Of a DNA stretch of 64,000 bases, positions 40,171 to 51,059 are shown in pieces. The stretch comes from Nitrospirota bacterium. Its GTDB lineage: Bacteria > Nitrospirota > Nitrospiria > Nitrospirales > NS-4. Within the stretch, counting starts at the first letter, position 1, and every line of letters begins with the position of its first letter. The DNA lies in assembly GCA_963788195.1 (NCBI GenBank), contig CAWBGA010000011.1, positions 1 through 64,000 of the forward strand, in the 5' to 3' direction. A model generated the notes under the pieces. That model worked only from the letters and a program-made list of their open reading frames with translations, was not told the DNA's origin and did no database searches. The translations under genes and the position numbers were made by a program.

Positions 40171-40940
40171 AGCGAGTGGTTTCCTATGGGAAGCGCTCGG
40201 CGTAGCCTGATAAAATATTCAATATTCCCTTTCTGCCCCGCGATCGGCGACGTCATCTCCTCCAGCCACAGCCATCCCTGCGCTTCAAGATCCCGCCGGA
40301 CCCGCGCCACGGTGTCCAACCGGACCTGCTGATCTCGAATGACCCCTCCTCTGCCGAGTTTTCCTTTGCCGATTTCGAATTGCGGCTTGAGAAGGGCAAG
40401 CACAAACCCGGCCCCATCCAAGACTCGAGCCACGGCGGGGAGAATTAGAGCCAGCGAGATAAATGAGACATCGATCGTCGCTATGTCTACCTTCTCGGGA
40501 ACCATCGTTCGGTCCAGGTATCGGGCATTGCAGCGTTCGATAACGACCACCCGAGGGTCCTGGCGAAGCCGCCAGGCAAGTTGCCCATAGCCCACATCCA
40601 CGGCGTACACCTTGGCCGCTCCGCCCTGGATCAAGCAATCGGTAAATCCGCCGGTGGACGCCCCGATGTCCAGGGCCGTCAGGCCAGCCGGGGCAATTGA
40701 AAACCGTTCCAGGGCTGCGGCGAGTTTGAGGCCACCACGACCCACGAAAGGATGCGCGGGGCCGCGAACAGAGATTTCAGTGTCATGAGCAATGCGATGC
40801 GAGTTGTGAGCCACGGGTACGCCCGAGACTGCGACCAAACCCGCGAGAATCATTCCCTGCGCGCGCTCCCGGCTCTCCGCAAGGCCACGCCGGACCATTG
40901 CGACATCAAGACGCTCTTCCTGGATCATCTCTTTGGTCAC
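40167..40940 (-). CDS. tlyA: TlyA rRNA methyltransferase
   Basis: GRGGLKL, DIGASTGGFTD, DVSFISL, KPQFE. Confidence 0.95.
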   Translation of the reverse strand: MTKEMIQEERLDVAMVRRGLAESRERAQGMILAGLVAVSGVPVAHNSHRIAHDTEISVRGPAHPFVGRGGLKLAAALERFSIAPAGLTALDIGASTGGFTDCLIQGGAAKVYAVDVGYGQLAWRLRQDPRVVVIERCNARYLDRTMVPEKVDIATIDVSFISLALILPAVARVLDGAGFVLALLKPQFEIGKGKLGRGGVIRDQQVRLDTVARVRRDLEAQGWLWLEEMTSPIAGQKGNIEYFIRLRRALPIGNHSL

Positions 40941-41230
40941 GTTGTCGGGGGGCTTTCAGTATCCAAATCATTCCTGTCGCCGTTGTCCACCTCGGACCCG
41001 GGTATCATCTCCAGCTCAAATGGTCGGGTTCGTTTGCTGCCATCCTTATCCTTAAGAAGAATTTCAACCTTGCGCTCTGCATCCTCGAGCATTTTAAGGC
41101 AGGTCTTTGACAGCTTCATGCCTTCCTCAAAGATCCGCATCGAATCGTCAAGGGGAAGCTGGCCACGCTCAAGCTCGTTCACGATCGCCTCGAGTCGTGC
41201 GAGCGCCTCTTCAAATTTTACGGTCGCCAC
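40937..41230 (-). CDS. xseB: Exodeoxyribonuclease VII small subunit
   Basis: FEEALARLEAIV..LE.G.L.LD..FEEG. Confidence 0.93.
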   Translation of the reverse strand: MATVKFEEALARLEAIVNELERGQLPLDDSMRIFEEGMKLSKTCLKMLEDAERKVEILLKDKDGSKRTRPFELEMIPGSEVDNGDRNDLDTESPPTT

Positions 41231-42772
41231 AACACCCTCTCAGTTATTGACACCCATTCCACCCGCCCGCCCCGCGCTGCCAAGACAGCCGCTTTTCCCG
41301 TGGCACCCGCCAACAAGCTTCCATTACACCCAGCCCCCCCGAGCTGCCAAGACGAGCTCCTTATCCGTGGTCCTTTATTTAACCACCGGGATGGTTTATC
41401 CGCTCCAGTAGGATTCCCCGGCTGCAATTCCTCGCCGAGTTGCCTGACTTCACAGACGATGTCACCGGAGGCCAATCGGATATGCACGGCATCGCCAGGC
41501 GCCACATCATCGGCCTTTCGTAAGAGCTGCATCTGCGGCCAACGACGCGTGATACTGTAGCCGCGCGCGAGAATAGCTAATGGACTCAGCGCATGAAGCG
41601 CTCCAGCGTTTTGCTGCAAGGACTGTCCCCAGCCCGTCAGGATCGCGCGTACCCGCTGTTCAAGCCGCGTTCGGAGCTGCGGTATCATCGCCAGCCCTTG
41701 TTCAACCCGGCGGATAGGGCTTCTGAAGAAGGAGTTCCTGGCGTAGGCTGTCAATCACGCGGCGCGCCCGTAGCATTCGACTGCTCTCAGCCAGGCAGAG
41801 ACGCATTTCCAATTCATCGCGGCGTTGCATGTTCCGTTGCACCATGGCCGCCGGATCCAGCAGCGCGCGGCGTTCGGTATCTACGCACGCCCGCCTGTCG
41901 CGCAACCCACTCCGGGTCGCTTGGACCACCCGCTGCCCATAGCTCGTCAGTCGCTTCGTGATCTCCAATTGGTCAGGCAAAATCAGCTCCACAGCCGCAG
42001 AAGGAGTCGGCGCACGCAAATCCGCAACAAAGTCGACGATGGTGTAATCGATCTCATGGCCCACGGCCGAAACGACGGGAATGCGGGAGGCGGCAATCGC
42101 CCGCACGACAACCTCTTCGTTGAAGGCCCACAGGTCCTCAAGGGAGCCGCCACCGCGTCCCACGATGAGAACATCGAGCCCGCCAAGTTCGTTCATTTCC
42201 CCGATGGCCTGGGCGATCTCGACAGCAGCGCCGATCCCCTGTACGCCGACGGGATTCAGCACCAGCTCGATGTTTGGCCAGCGCCGATGGGCGACCTGGA
42301 TCATGTCTCGGATCGCCGCACCGGTCGGTGACGTGACGATTCCGATCCGCCTGGGAAACACTGGCAGCGGTCGCTTACGGCCCGCATCGAACAGGCCTTC
42401 AGCGGCCAGCCGCTGTTTCAGCTGCTCGAACGCAACCTGAAGAGCGCCGATTCCTTTGGGCTCGGCGTAGTCGACCAGCATCTGGTAATCGCCTTTTGGC
42501 TCATACACTGTCAGGCGTCCTCGGCAGATGACGCACATTCCGTCCTTGAGTTGAAATCGCATGAAACGCCCCACCGACCGGAACATGACCGCCCGCATCT
42601 GACTTGAGGCATCTTTCAGCGTGAAGTATGCGTGACCGGAGGACGGCATGCGCAGATTGGAGATCTCACCTTCGAGCCAGACATCCGCGAATCCCGCTTC
42701 CACATGGGTGCGCAGCAGAGCGGTCAGCGCCGAGACTGAGAGAATAACACGAGGAATCTGCGGCAATCGCAT
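41218..42772 (-). CDS. xseA: Exodeoxyribonuclease VII large subunit (frameshift about 41715; tail reads through repeat copy 3)
   Basis: GEISN..SGHAYFTLKD, RGGGSLEDLWAFNEE, GHEID, APTPSAA, LSPLAILARGY. Confidence 0.93.
41250..41410 (-). repeat. Dispersed modular intergenic repeat, copy 3 (degenerate core)
   Basis: Two GCCAAGAC hairpins (41276, 41341); tatttaaccaccgggatggtttatc. Confidence 0.75.
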
Positions 42773-42777
42773 CTCGA

Positions 42778-43572
42778 TCAGTCCTGCAGACGAATCCGCT
42801 CGATCGACACGGCTTTTCCGAGAGCGACATCGACTTCAAAGAGTACTGCGGAGAAAATACACGGGCCGGCCGCCACCTCGAAACGTCGCGGCATCTGGGT
42901 CAGAAATTTCTCAATCGCGAGTTCTTTCTTTACTCCTATCACAGATTCGGATGGCCCCGTCATACCGGTTTCCGTCAAATACGCGGTCCCCTTCGGCAGG
43001 ATTCGTTCGTCCGCGGTCTGGACATGTGTGTGCGTCCCGAACACGCCGCTGACGGTCCCGTCCAAATACCAGCCCATCGCCATCTTCTCAGAGGTGGCTT
43101 CTGCGTGCATATCGACGACAATGCAGGAGACCTCTCTGCGGAGCCGATCCACCTCTTCACGGCCGACCCGGAACGGACAATCCAAAGTCGGCATCGACAC
43201 GCGGCCCATCAATTGCAGAACCCCGATCTTTTCGCCGCTGGACGTCATCGTGACGACGCTGCCGCACCCTGGGACCCCCTTCGGATAGTTCGCAGGCCGG
43301 AGCAATCTAGGCTCATCGTCTATGTATTCAATGATCTCTTTTTTGTCCCAGATGTGGTTTCCGCTCGTAATGACATGGACTCCAGCCTTGAATAATTCCT
43401 TGGCAATATCGGGAGTGATCCCGAACCCTCCCGCGGCGTTCTCCCCGTTGGCGATGACGAAGTCGACTCCCCGCTCGCCGACAAACCTCGGCACCTGCCG
43501 GGCAACCGTTTTACGGCCCGGCTCCCCGAAGATATCGCCAATGAATAGAATTCTCCGCATCTTTGCCGTCAC
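42778..43572 (-). CDS. ymdB: YmdB/TIGR00282 metallophosphoesterase
   Basis: GDI.G.PG, NGENAAGG, GNHIWD, HAEATSEK, GTHTHVQTAD. Confidence 0.92.
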   Translation of the reverse strand: MTAKMRRILFIGDIFGEPGRKTVARQVPRFVGERGVDFVIANGENAAGGFGITPDIAKELFKAGVHVITSGNHIWDKKEIIEYIDDEPRLLRPANYPKGVPGCGSVVTMTSSGEKIGVLQLMGRVSMPTLDCPFRVGREEVDRLRREVSCIVVDMHAEATSEKMAMGWYLDGTVSGVFGTHTHVQTADERILPKGTAYLTETGMTGPSESVIGVKKELAIEKFLTQMPRRFEVAAGPCIFSAVLFEVDVALGKAVSIERIRLQD

Positions 43573-45158
43573 TTCGCGACGTCCACGTACCGGCTTTCTC
43601 GAATCACCGTCACCTTGATCTGGCCGGGGTAAGTCAGTTCCTGCTCGATCTTGCGCGCCAGGTCACGGGATAACTGGGCGCACTCGGCATCGGCGATGGA
43701 ATCCTGTTTGACAATGACCCGGATTTCTCGCCCGGCTTGAATGGCGTAGGCTTTGTCCACCCCTTTGTAATCGACGGCGAGCTTTTCCAGTTTTTCAAGC
43801 CGCTTAATGTACGCCTCCACGGTTTCTCTTCGAGCGCCCGGGCGAGCGGCGGATAGCGATTCCGCGGCCGCGACGAGGACGGTTTCGGCGCAGATCGGGT
43901 CGACTTGCTCATGATGGGCAGCGATCGCATTGACGACTCTGGGTTCTTCCCCGTATTTCTTTGCAAAATCGCCTCCAATGATCGCGTGGGGACCTTCCTC
44001 TTCCTGACTCAGAGCCTTGCCCATATCATGCATGAGCGCCCCGCGGCGGGCCAATCGAATATCCAGTTCCAACTCGGCCGCCATGATGCCGCAGATAAAA
44101 GCCGCCTCCCGAGCATGGTACAGATTATTTTGACCGTAGCTTGTGCGGAACTTCAAACGACCGAGGAGCTTGACAATTTCGGAATGCACGCCCGGAATGC
44201 CGAGTTCGAAAAGGATTTTCTCTGCCTCCTCAATCATCAGCTTATCGATGTCTTTTTTGACCCGCTCCACCACTTCCTCTATCCGAGTCGGATGGATCCT
44301 GCCATCGGCCATCAAGCGCTCCAGAGACACCTTGGCAATTTCCCGGCGAAGTGGATCAAATCCGGATATCATCACCGCCTCGGGTGTCTCGTCCACGACA
44401 AGGTCCACCCCCGTCGCCGCCTCTAACGCGCGAATATTGCGGCCTTCCCGGCCAATGATCCGGCCTTTCATGCCGTCATTCGGAATCGCCACCACTGAGA
44501 TCGTTGATTCCGCGACATAATCACGGGTGATCCGCTGAATCGATCGGGTGATGATCTCCTTCGCCTCCCGGTCGGCTGTTTCTTTAGCTTCGTCTTGAAT
44601 ACGCTTGACCATTTTGGCCGCATCGAATTTTGCTTCTTTTTCAATCTCAAGCATGATCGCCGTCTTGGCCTGATCGGCCGTCATTCCCGACGCATGCTCA
44701 AGAGCTGCGATACGTTCGCGCGTTAAACCCTCAACCGCGATTTCCTTATCCTGGACGGCTTTTTCGCGAAGCCCCACCGCTCGCTCTTTAGCCTGAAGGT
44801 CCTCTTCCCGTCGCTCATATTGCGAAGCCTTGCGGTCAAGAGTCTCTTCCTTCTGAAGCAAACGCTTCTCAAGGGCGAGGATTTCGGCCCGGTGTGTCTG
44901 GATCTCCTTCTCCAGATCGGTCTTCGCCTGGACGATAAGATCCTTGGCCTCGAGCTTGGCCTCTCGCGCTCGTGTGTCAGCATCTTTCTCGGCAGCACGA
45001 ATAATTTGCGCGGCGCGATCCTCTGCAAGTCTAAACCGGGACGATACGACCCACCCCTGGATGATCCAGAACATCCCGGCCCCGACCGCGGTCCCCCCCG
45101 CGACTGCCACAATGATCATCGCTATATCTGTAATGGTAGCCTCCCCACTATTTAGCAA
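43569..45158 (-). CDS. rny: Ribonuclease Y
   Basis: TM helix, coiled coil, KH domain KGRIIGREGRNIR, HD domain. Confidence 0.96.
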   Translation of the reverse strand: MLNSGEATITDIAMIIVAVAGGTAVGAGMFWIIQGWVVSSRFRLAEDRAAQIIRAAEKDADTRAREAKLEAKDLIVQAKTDLEKEIQTHRAEILALEKRLLQKEETLDRKASQYERREEDLQAKERAVGLREKAVQDKEIAVEGLTRERIAALEHASGMTADQAKTAIMLEIEKEAKFDAAKMVKRIQDEAKETADREAKEIITRSIQRITRDYVAESTISVVAIPNDGMKGRIIGREGRNIRALEAATGVDLVVDETPEAVMISGFDPLRREIAKVSLERLMADGRIHPTRIEEVVERVKKDIDKLMIEEAEKILFELGIPGVHSEIVKLLGRLKFRTSYGQNNLYHAREAAFICGIMAAELELDIRLARRGALMHDMGKALSQEEEGPHAIIGGDFAKKYGEEPRVVNAIAAHHEQVDPICAETVLVAAAESLSAARPGARRETVEAYIKRLEKLEKLAVDYKGVDKAYAIQAGREIRVIVKQDSIADAECAQLSRDLARKIEQELTYPGQIKVTVIRESRYVDVAK

Positions 45159-45226
45159 GGCCAGGGCGGCCTCACTCGGCTGCGTCGCCGAATTTTCAGT
45201 GGAAGAGAGCGAACGTGAAGGAGCTA

Positions 45227-45432
45227 GACAGGAACGTTGACCAGCGAGATCACACCCATGGGCCGCGCTGAGTTAAACCTTGCAGAACTTCCATCAAAAG
45301 CGCCGCGGTCGCCTCGATGGATAGAGAGAGCTTTCATTCTTCCCGAACCGCTTACCTCTCCGGCGCTGCTGATGCGCCGGTTCAACCCGCTCTTCTTTGG
45401 GGTGTGATGGCATGGCACTGAGTTCCGACTGT
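45227..45432 (-). ncRNA. ssrS: 6S RNA
   Basis: Lies between zapA and rny; long rod pairings ggaac/gttcc, atcacaccc/gggtgtgat, gggttgaacc/ggtttaactc; upstream TTGATG-N17-TACAAT. Confidence 0.75.
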
Positions 45433-45552
45433 GAAAATTTATGATCCTTCAGTTTCGCGCCCCGCGGCAACCGGGCATAAACCCGTCCGCGAACTTCTCC
45501 CAACTGGTGTTTTATTGTAGCAAGGTTCCCCCAAACCATCAATAAAAAAAGT

Positions 45553-45843
45553 CTATTTGCTGCCTCCCATAGTCTCTTGAATTGACTCGATCAGACCCGT
45601 CGCTCGACGATCCAGTTCATCTGCATGCGCCTGTTGCTGCTTAATGGCTTGGTACAGCTCATCGGCCAGATTAATGGCTGTCAAGACCGCCAATTGCATG
45701 GGCGTGGCATTCCTCATCTTGGTCGCCAGCGTGTGCATCTGCTTATCAACCTGCCGGCCGAGCTCCCGGACATAGCTTTCTTCCGCATCGCCACGAATCG
45801 TGTACCGGCACCCGTACACCTCAATCTCGAAGGCTTGGCTCAC
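45553..45843 (-). CDS. zapA: Cell division protein ZapA
   Basis: IEVYG..YTI..YVRELG..VD..M, LAVLTAINLADE. Confidence 0.9.
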   Translation of the reverse strand: MSQAFEIEVYGCRYTIRGDAEESYVRELGRQVDKQMHTLATKMRNATPMQLAVLTAINLADELYQAIKQQQAHADELDRRATGLIESIQETMGGSK

Positions 45844-46075
45844 TAAATTCAATGGCCTCCAAGTCTCCCAAAACATTGCCTAACTTTGCGCGTAACCAGC
45901 CTCGTTCCTTTTCCCACCGTCTGAGCGTCGCATTCTGGGAGGTCAGTCTTCCATCAATCTCGCGGAGACGCTCTTCCAAATGCGCGTTGCGCCCTTTTAG
46001 TTCCTGGAGGTGGGTGATCAAGTTCTTTACCTGCGCTTCCAGGTCCGCAAGTTTATTCGACGAGATCCCCGCCAC
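45821..46075 (-). CDS. ZapB-like coiled-coil protein
   Basis: Coiled coil upstream of zapA; promoter TTGACA(46112)-N17-TATAGT. Confidence 0.7.
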   Translation of the reverse strand: MAGISSNKLADLEAQVKNLITHLQELKGRNAHLEERLREIDGRLTSQNATLRRWEKERGWLRAKLGNVLGDLEAIEFSEPSLRD

Positions 46076-48316
46076 GGCAGCGAACTATACCTCGCTCGCT
46101 TAACCTTGTCAATGTCGACGGATCGGCTTGGGGCGGATAGATTCTTTTGTATTCGCCGTAACTTCGGAGCACTTTCTTCACGTAATTTCTTGTTTCTGTG
46201 TAAGGAATCGACTCTATGAATTCGTCTTGCTCTTTATCCCCTCTTAGTTGCACCCATTTCGAAACGACCTCCGGTCCGGCATTGTATGCGGCAATGACGT
46301 AGACCAAATTATTGGGGAACTTTTCAGCGAGATGCCGGAGGTACCAACTCCCGAGGCGGATGTTGTAGCAGGGTTCAAACAATCGATCTCGGCGAAAAAG
46401 TTGCTGCGAGTCCAATTGCTCTGCAATTTTCTGCCCGGTTTGCGGCATGACCTGCATCAAACCTAGCGCACCGGCGGAAGAGATGGCACTGGGATTGTAC
46501 GCGCTCTCCTCTCGAATGATCGCGGTGATTAAATGGGTATCGACTCGCTGGGTCTCGGGGAGCGCCCGGATAATCGAAAAGTATCCACCGGGATAGGCTA
46601 GTTCCCAAAACGTTTTGCCGATACCCGGCCCACCGCGTTCGACAGCCTCCGCGAAAAATGTCCGAACTAACGAAAGCGCGCGGTGATATTCGCCGGCGGA
46701 GCCTAAAAGACTTGCGAGCCAAAGTGCGGTCCCTCGGTCTTGGCCGAGCCGGGGAGTCAGGGTCAACAACTCTTCGGCAGCCTCGCGCTGCCATCCAAGA
46801 AGCTGAAGCTCTTCGGCGCGTTGGTAATGGGCGTCCGTCATGAGATTATTGGCCTGCGAAGCGGACGCGTCAGGCAATGTTATCTGGCTGCCGCTGGTGA
46901 GCTCCCCGCTGCCTTGGTCTACACGCCCGTTGCGCGCCTGTCCTATTTGACAATAATAGGAACGAGGTGCCTCAGTACAAACCAATTGAATCGTATCGAA
47001 TGCCTTCTGACGGTCCCCGAGTTTTTCAAGAGTTCGCGCTTTCCAGTAGAGCGCCTGAGCGGCACTCGATCCTGAGGCCTGTGCGGCTCGGGTTTCTTCA
47101 AAAGCAAGAAGGCTTTGGGCATAACGCTTTTCGTTATAATGCAGCCATCCGATCTGCCACAGCGCTTCTGCGGCAGTGGGAGTTGTTGCCGCGGCATCCG
47201 CCGCCTGACGGTAGGTGCTGATGGCCTCCTCGGGCCGGCCGCGATCCAGATACCCTGCAGCCAGCAGTAAGAGAAATTTCGCCTTCAATTCTCCTGAGAG
47301 CAGACCTGTATTCACGTCCCGAGCCAGAGCATCGAACGGCTCGTCCGCGCGTTGCCGCAAGTACACTCGGGCCAACCAGAGCACCGCCTCCTGTGAGACC
47401 GCGCCAGCACGAGTCCGGATGAGCTCCGCGAAGATCGGCCGGGCTTCAATGTATTGTTTTAGCCGGAACCTGGCGATGCCCAGAGTCAGGAGAGCTTGGG
47501 GGCGATCCGGCAGAGTGGGACCTTTGAGAGCTTCTTGCAGGACTGGCACCGCAAAGACGTATTGTCCAGCGTCAAAAAACCCCTTTGCCCGCATCCACAG
47601 ATCCTTAGAACTGACCTCGGGAATCGTGACGCCTTTGTCCTTCATGGCTTGCAGCCGAAACGCCGCCTCCCCCCCTGCAGTGTCGGAGCTGAATGAATCC
47701 AAATCCTGCGATAAGTGGCGATCGCTGTCGCTTTATCTCCGGCTTTTTGATAGCAGTCGCCCTGTCTCAACAGAATTGCTGGCGCCAAAGCATGCCTTGG
47801 ATAGGCCGACAGGAATGCTGCGTGCCGCTCGTTGGCTCTTCGGCAGTCCTCTGCCTGAAACCAGGCTTCTGCGGACCGATAGAGCGCCTGAGGCCGTAAG
47901 AGGCTGTCGGGATATCGGGCGCTGAGTAGATCAAAGGCGCTGGCCGAACCATTCCATTGTGAAAACCCAAAGAGCGCTTCGCCTAGATAATAATAACCGT
48001 AGTCGCCTAGGAGCGGGAGCTGCCGCTGTGCGGCCAGAAGATACACGACTGCCTGGGGATCACGTTTCTCTTGATAGTAGCGCCCGAGCACCAAAGATGC
48101 CCGACCCGACCAGACGCTGTTCGGGAAGTCCTGGATGATCTGGAGGAGCAGTGCGTGTGCAGACGGGACTGCGCCTCGATCCAGGGCGCGCATGGCCTCG
48201 GTAAAACATTCAGCCTCAACTGCGCAGCGAAGGGCCGATGAGTCCCCGCGCACATCGTCGCTGCCGATGGTTGTGACAAGCGCCGCCATCGTAAGTAGGA
48301 GGCATAATTTCTTCAT
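46053..48316 (-). CDS. TPR-containing soluble lytic transglycosylase, Slt-like (frameshift about 47680)
   Basis: IREES, GALGLMQVMP, AAYNAG, FIESIPYTETRNYVKKV. Confidence 0.9.
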
Positions 48317-48319
48317 AGA

Positions 48320-48530
48320 TGTTCTAATCTGCCAAGACAGATTTCTTTTTCCCCATTGCACCCGCCCGCCAAACAAAGCTTGCTCGACCCGAAGGCCTGA
48401 TGATTATTTAAGGCCGCCGGGATAGTTTCTCTGCTCTTGATCTTTAGGAGATGCCATTTCACCCACCCACCCACCCCAAGCCTGCCGAGACAGGCTTTTG
48501 TCCCGTGGGACAAACTCCTTTTCCCCGGCG
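48320..48530 (-). repeat. Dispersed modular intergenic repeat, copy 4
   Basis: Core 48394-48415; hairpins 48326-48343 and 48478-48497. Confidence 0.85.
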
Positions 48531-48594
48531 GCAGTATATCACGCAGTGACCTCTTTTTAGAGGGTTGCCGCGTATCTCATGCTATGTTACTCTC

Positions 48595-49701
48595 ATGCCT
48601 GACATGCGTGAATCGGTCGATCTTCTGACTCTCTCCACTGCAGAACTTGAAGGCTTATTAAAGTCCTCTGGAGCCCCTCCGTACCGTACCGATCAGATAT
48701 TACGCTGGCTCTATCAGAGACGGGTCACGGACGTGGAGTCCATGACCGACGTGCCGAAGCGGGAGCGAATGTGGCTTGCCGAGCGCGCTTCTATTTCCTT
48801 CCTCAAGATCGGCGGGATTCGTGAGGCGGTCGACGGTACACGAAAATTCGTGTTTTCGCTCGCCGACGGCCTGGCGGTTGAAAGCGTTGCGATCCCGGAT
48901 GAGGGCCGCTTAACCTTGTGCCTTTCGACTCAGGTAGGCTGCACGCTCGATTGCGCTTTTTGTCTGACCGGCAGAATGGGATTGCTCCGCAATCTGAGAT
49001 TTCATGAAATCATCGGGCAGGTCCTTGCGGTGCAACGGCAACTAGGCCGGCAAGCGCTGACGAACATCGTGCTCATGGGAATGGGAGAGCCCCTCGCTAA
49101 TCTCGATGCGGTGGAAGAGGCCGTTAGTCGTCTGACGAATCGACGCTGGGGGCTTGGCTTTTCCCCGCGCCGCATCACACTCTCGACGGCTGGGCTTGCG
49201 CCGCGCCTCAAACGTGTCGCAGACATGGGTGTCAACCTTGCGGTTTCGTTGAACGCGAGCAGTGAGACTCAACGCAGTCGCCTGATGCCGGCCGCCAATC
49301 ACACCTATTCTTTGAAGTCGCTCGTGGACGCCTGCAAGAAATATCCGTTAAAACCTCACCGCCGTCTCACGTTCGAATACGTCTTGCTGCGAGGCGAGAA
49401 TGACAGCGTGGAAGACGCCGAGCGGGTTGCCGATCTTGTTCGGGGTATTCGCTGCAAAATCAATTTGATTCCATTTAATGAGTTCCCCGAAAGTCCATTC
49501 AGGCGTCCCTCCGACGCCTCAGTCTTGCGCTTTCAGAAAATCCTGACAGACCGTGGATTTGATGTCTTCATTCGCAAGAGCAAGGGAGAGGACGTGCTCG
49601 GGGCGTGCGGACAACTGGGCTCGCTCGAGCCCTCGCTTCTTGAACCACAGCGCAAGCGAGGCAAGCACGCTATGCCCCCACCTGCGCTTGTCTCCTCATA
49701 A
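48595..49701 (+). CDS. rlmN: 23S rRNA/tRNA m2A methyltransferase RlmN
   Basis: CLSTQVGCTLDCAFC, MGMGEP, ACGQL. Confidence 0.95.
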   Translation: MPDMRESVDLLTLSTAELEGLLKSSGAPPYRTDQILRWLYQRRVTDVESMTDVPKRERMWLAERASISFLKIGGIREAVDGTRKFVFSLADGLAVESVAIPDEGRLTLCLSTQVGCTLDCAFCLTGRMGLLRNLRFHEIIGQVLAVQRQLGRQALTNIVLMGMGEPLANLDAVEEAVSRLTNRRWGLGFSPRRITLSTAGLAPRLKRVADMGVNLAVSLNASSETQRSRLMPAANHTYSLKSLVDACKKYPLKPHRRLTFEYVLLRGENDSVEDAERVADLVRGIRCKINLIPFNEFPESPFRRPSDASVLRFQKILTDRGFDVFIRKSKGEDVLGACGQLGSLEPSLLEPQRKRGKHAMPPPALVSS

Positions 49702-49703
49702 GA

Positions 49704-51059
49704 ATGCTGTCCAATAGCAACAGTACCATCGGTGCCAAGAGGCTTTGTCTGTTCGCGGCGATGATGTTCTTTCTTCTGTCATCGCTCGCCGCCGCCGAAG
49801 GTCCCCGGGTACAAGAACATATACTCGCGAACGGCATGAAAGTGTTGATCGTCGAGGAGCCGAAAGCGCCTGTCATTACCGTGCAGATCTGGTACAAAGT
49901 CGGATCGCGCAACGAGGTCATGGGCCGAGCCGGCTTGTCACATATGCTCGAGCACATGATGTTCAAGGGGACGAAGAAATACGGCAAAGGCGAATTCTCA
50001 AAGACCATCAAGAAAAACGGCGGTAACGACAACGCCTTCACAAGCCAGGACTATACGGCCTATTTCGAAAACCTTGCCGCCGACAAGCTGGCCCTCGCCC
50101 TGGAACTCGAATCCGACCGGCTACAAGGTCTGCTGCTCGACGACAAGGAGTTTCAGCTCGAGCGGGAAGTCGTCAAGGAAGAGCGCCGGCTTCGGACCGA
50201 AGACAATCCCCAGGCGTACATGGTGGAGCAGATGTTCGCCCAGGCCTTCATGGAGCATCCCTATCACTGGCCGATTATCGGCTGGTTTCCTGATTTGAAC
50301 GCCATGACCCGCGAAGATCTTCAGCGACACTACGAGCAGTATTATGTTCCGAACAATGCCACGATAGTGATTGTGGGGGACGTAAAGGCAGAGACCGCCC
50401 TGCCCATCATCAAGCAATACTTCGAAGGACTTCCGAAAGGCAGTCCTCCGCCGTTACAACAAATTGTGGATCCACCCCAGACTGGGGAACGGCGCATTGT
50501 CGTCAAGCGTGAGGCGCAGTTGCCTTTTATCTACCTCGGCTACAAAGTCCCGAATTTCAAGAGTCCGGACGTGCATGCCCTGGCCGTGCTCGAAAATATT
50601 CTCTCTTCCGGCAAAAGTTCCCGGCTGCACGACGCGCTTGTCTATCGGAAGAAGCTCGCGCTGGGGGTGGGGACAAGCTATAGCGAACTATCAGCAGATC
50701 CTGAGCTGTATACCGTATACGCCGTGGTGAGACCGGGAGCAAAGATCGAAGAGGTCGAGAAAGCCCTCTTGACGGAGATCGAACGTTTCAAGAAACAGGG
50801 CCCTACCGCACAAGAGATGCAGAAAGCCAAAAATCAGGTAGAAGCCAGACATATCTTTGAGCAGGATTCCGTCTTCCGGCAAGCGATGCTGTTGGGTACG
50901 GCTGAAACGGTGGGCGCAGGGTGGCAGTACGTTGAGAACTATCTGGAGAATCTCCGCAAGGTGACCGAGCAGGATGTACTACGGGTCGCCCGGCAATATT
51001 TGGTTCCCGATGGGCTCACGACCGGCATTCTGGTGCCTACGGAACCCGCATCCCGATGA
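49704..51059 (+). CDS. M16 (pitrilysin) peptidase, catalytic subunit
   Basis: HMLEHMMFKGT, NAFTS.DYT. Confidence 0.93.
   Translation: MLSNSNSTIGAKRLCLFAAMMFFLLSSLAAAEGPRVQEHILANGMKVLIVEEPKAPVITVQIWYKVGSRNEVMGRAGLSHMLEHMMFKGTKKYGKGEFSKTIKKNGGNDNAFTSQDYTAYFENLAADKLALALELESDRLQGLLLDDKEFQLEREVVKEERRLRTEDNPQAYMVEQMFAQAFMEHPYHWPIIGWFPDLNAMTREDLQRHYEQYYVPNNATIVIVGDVKAETALPIIKQYFEGLPKGSPPPLQQIVDPPQTGERRIVVKREAQLPFIYLGYKVPNFKSPDVHALAVLENILSSGKSSRLHDALVYRKKLALGVGTSYSELSADPELYTVYAVVRPGAKIEEVEKALLTEIERFKKQGPTAQEMQKAKNQVEARHIFEQDSVFRQAMLLGTAETVGAGWQYVENYLENLRKVTEQDVLRVARQYLVPDGLTTGILVPTEPASR

Noticed and set aside
27877..47702. Programmed frameshifting in OPT, ROK, xseA and slt
   Set aside because: Indels are spread through unrelated core genes; assembly error is simpler
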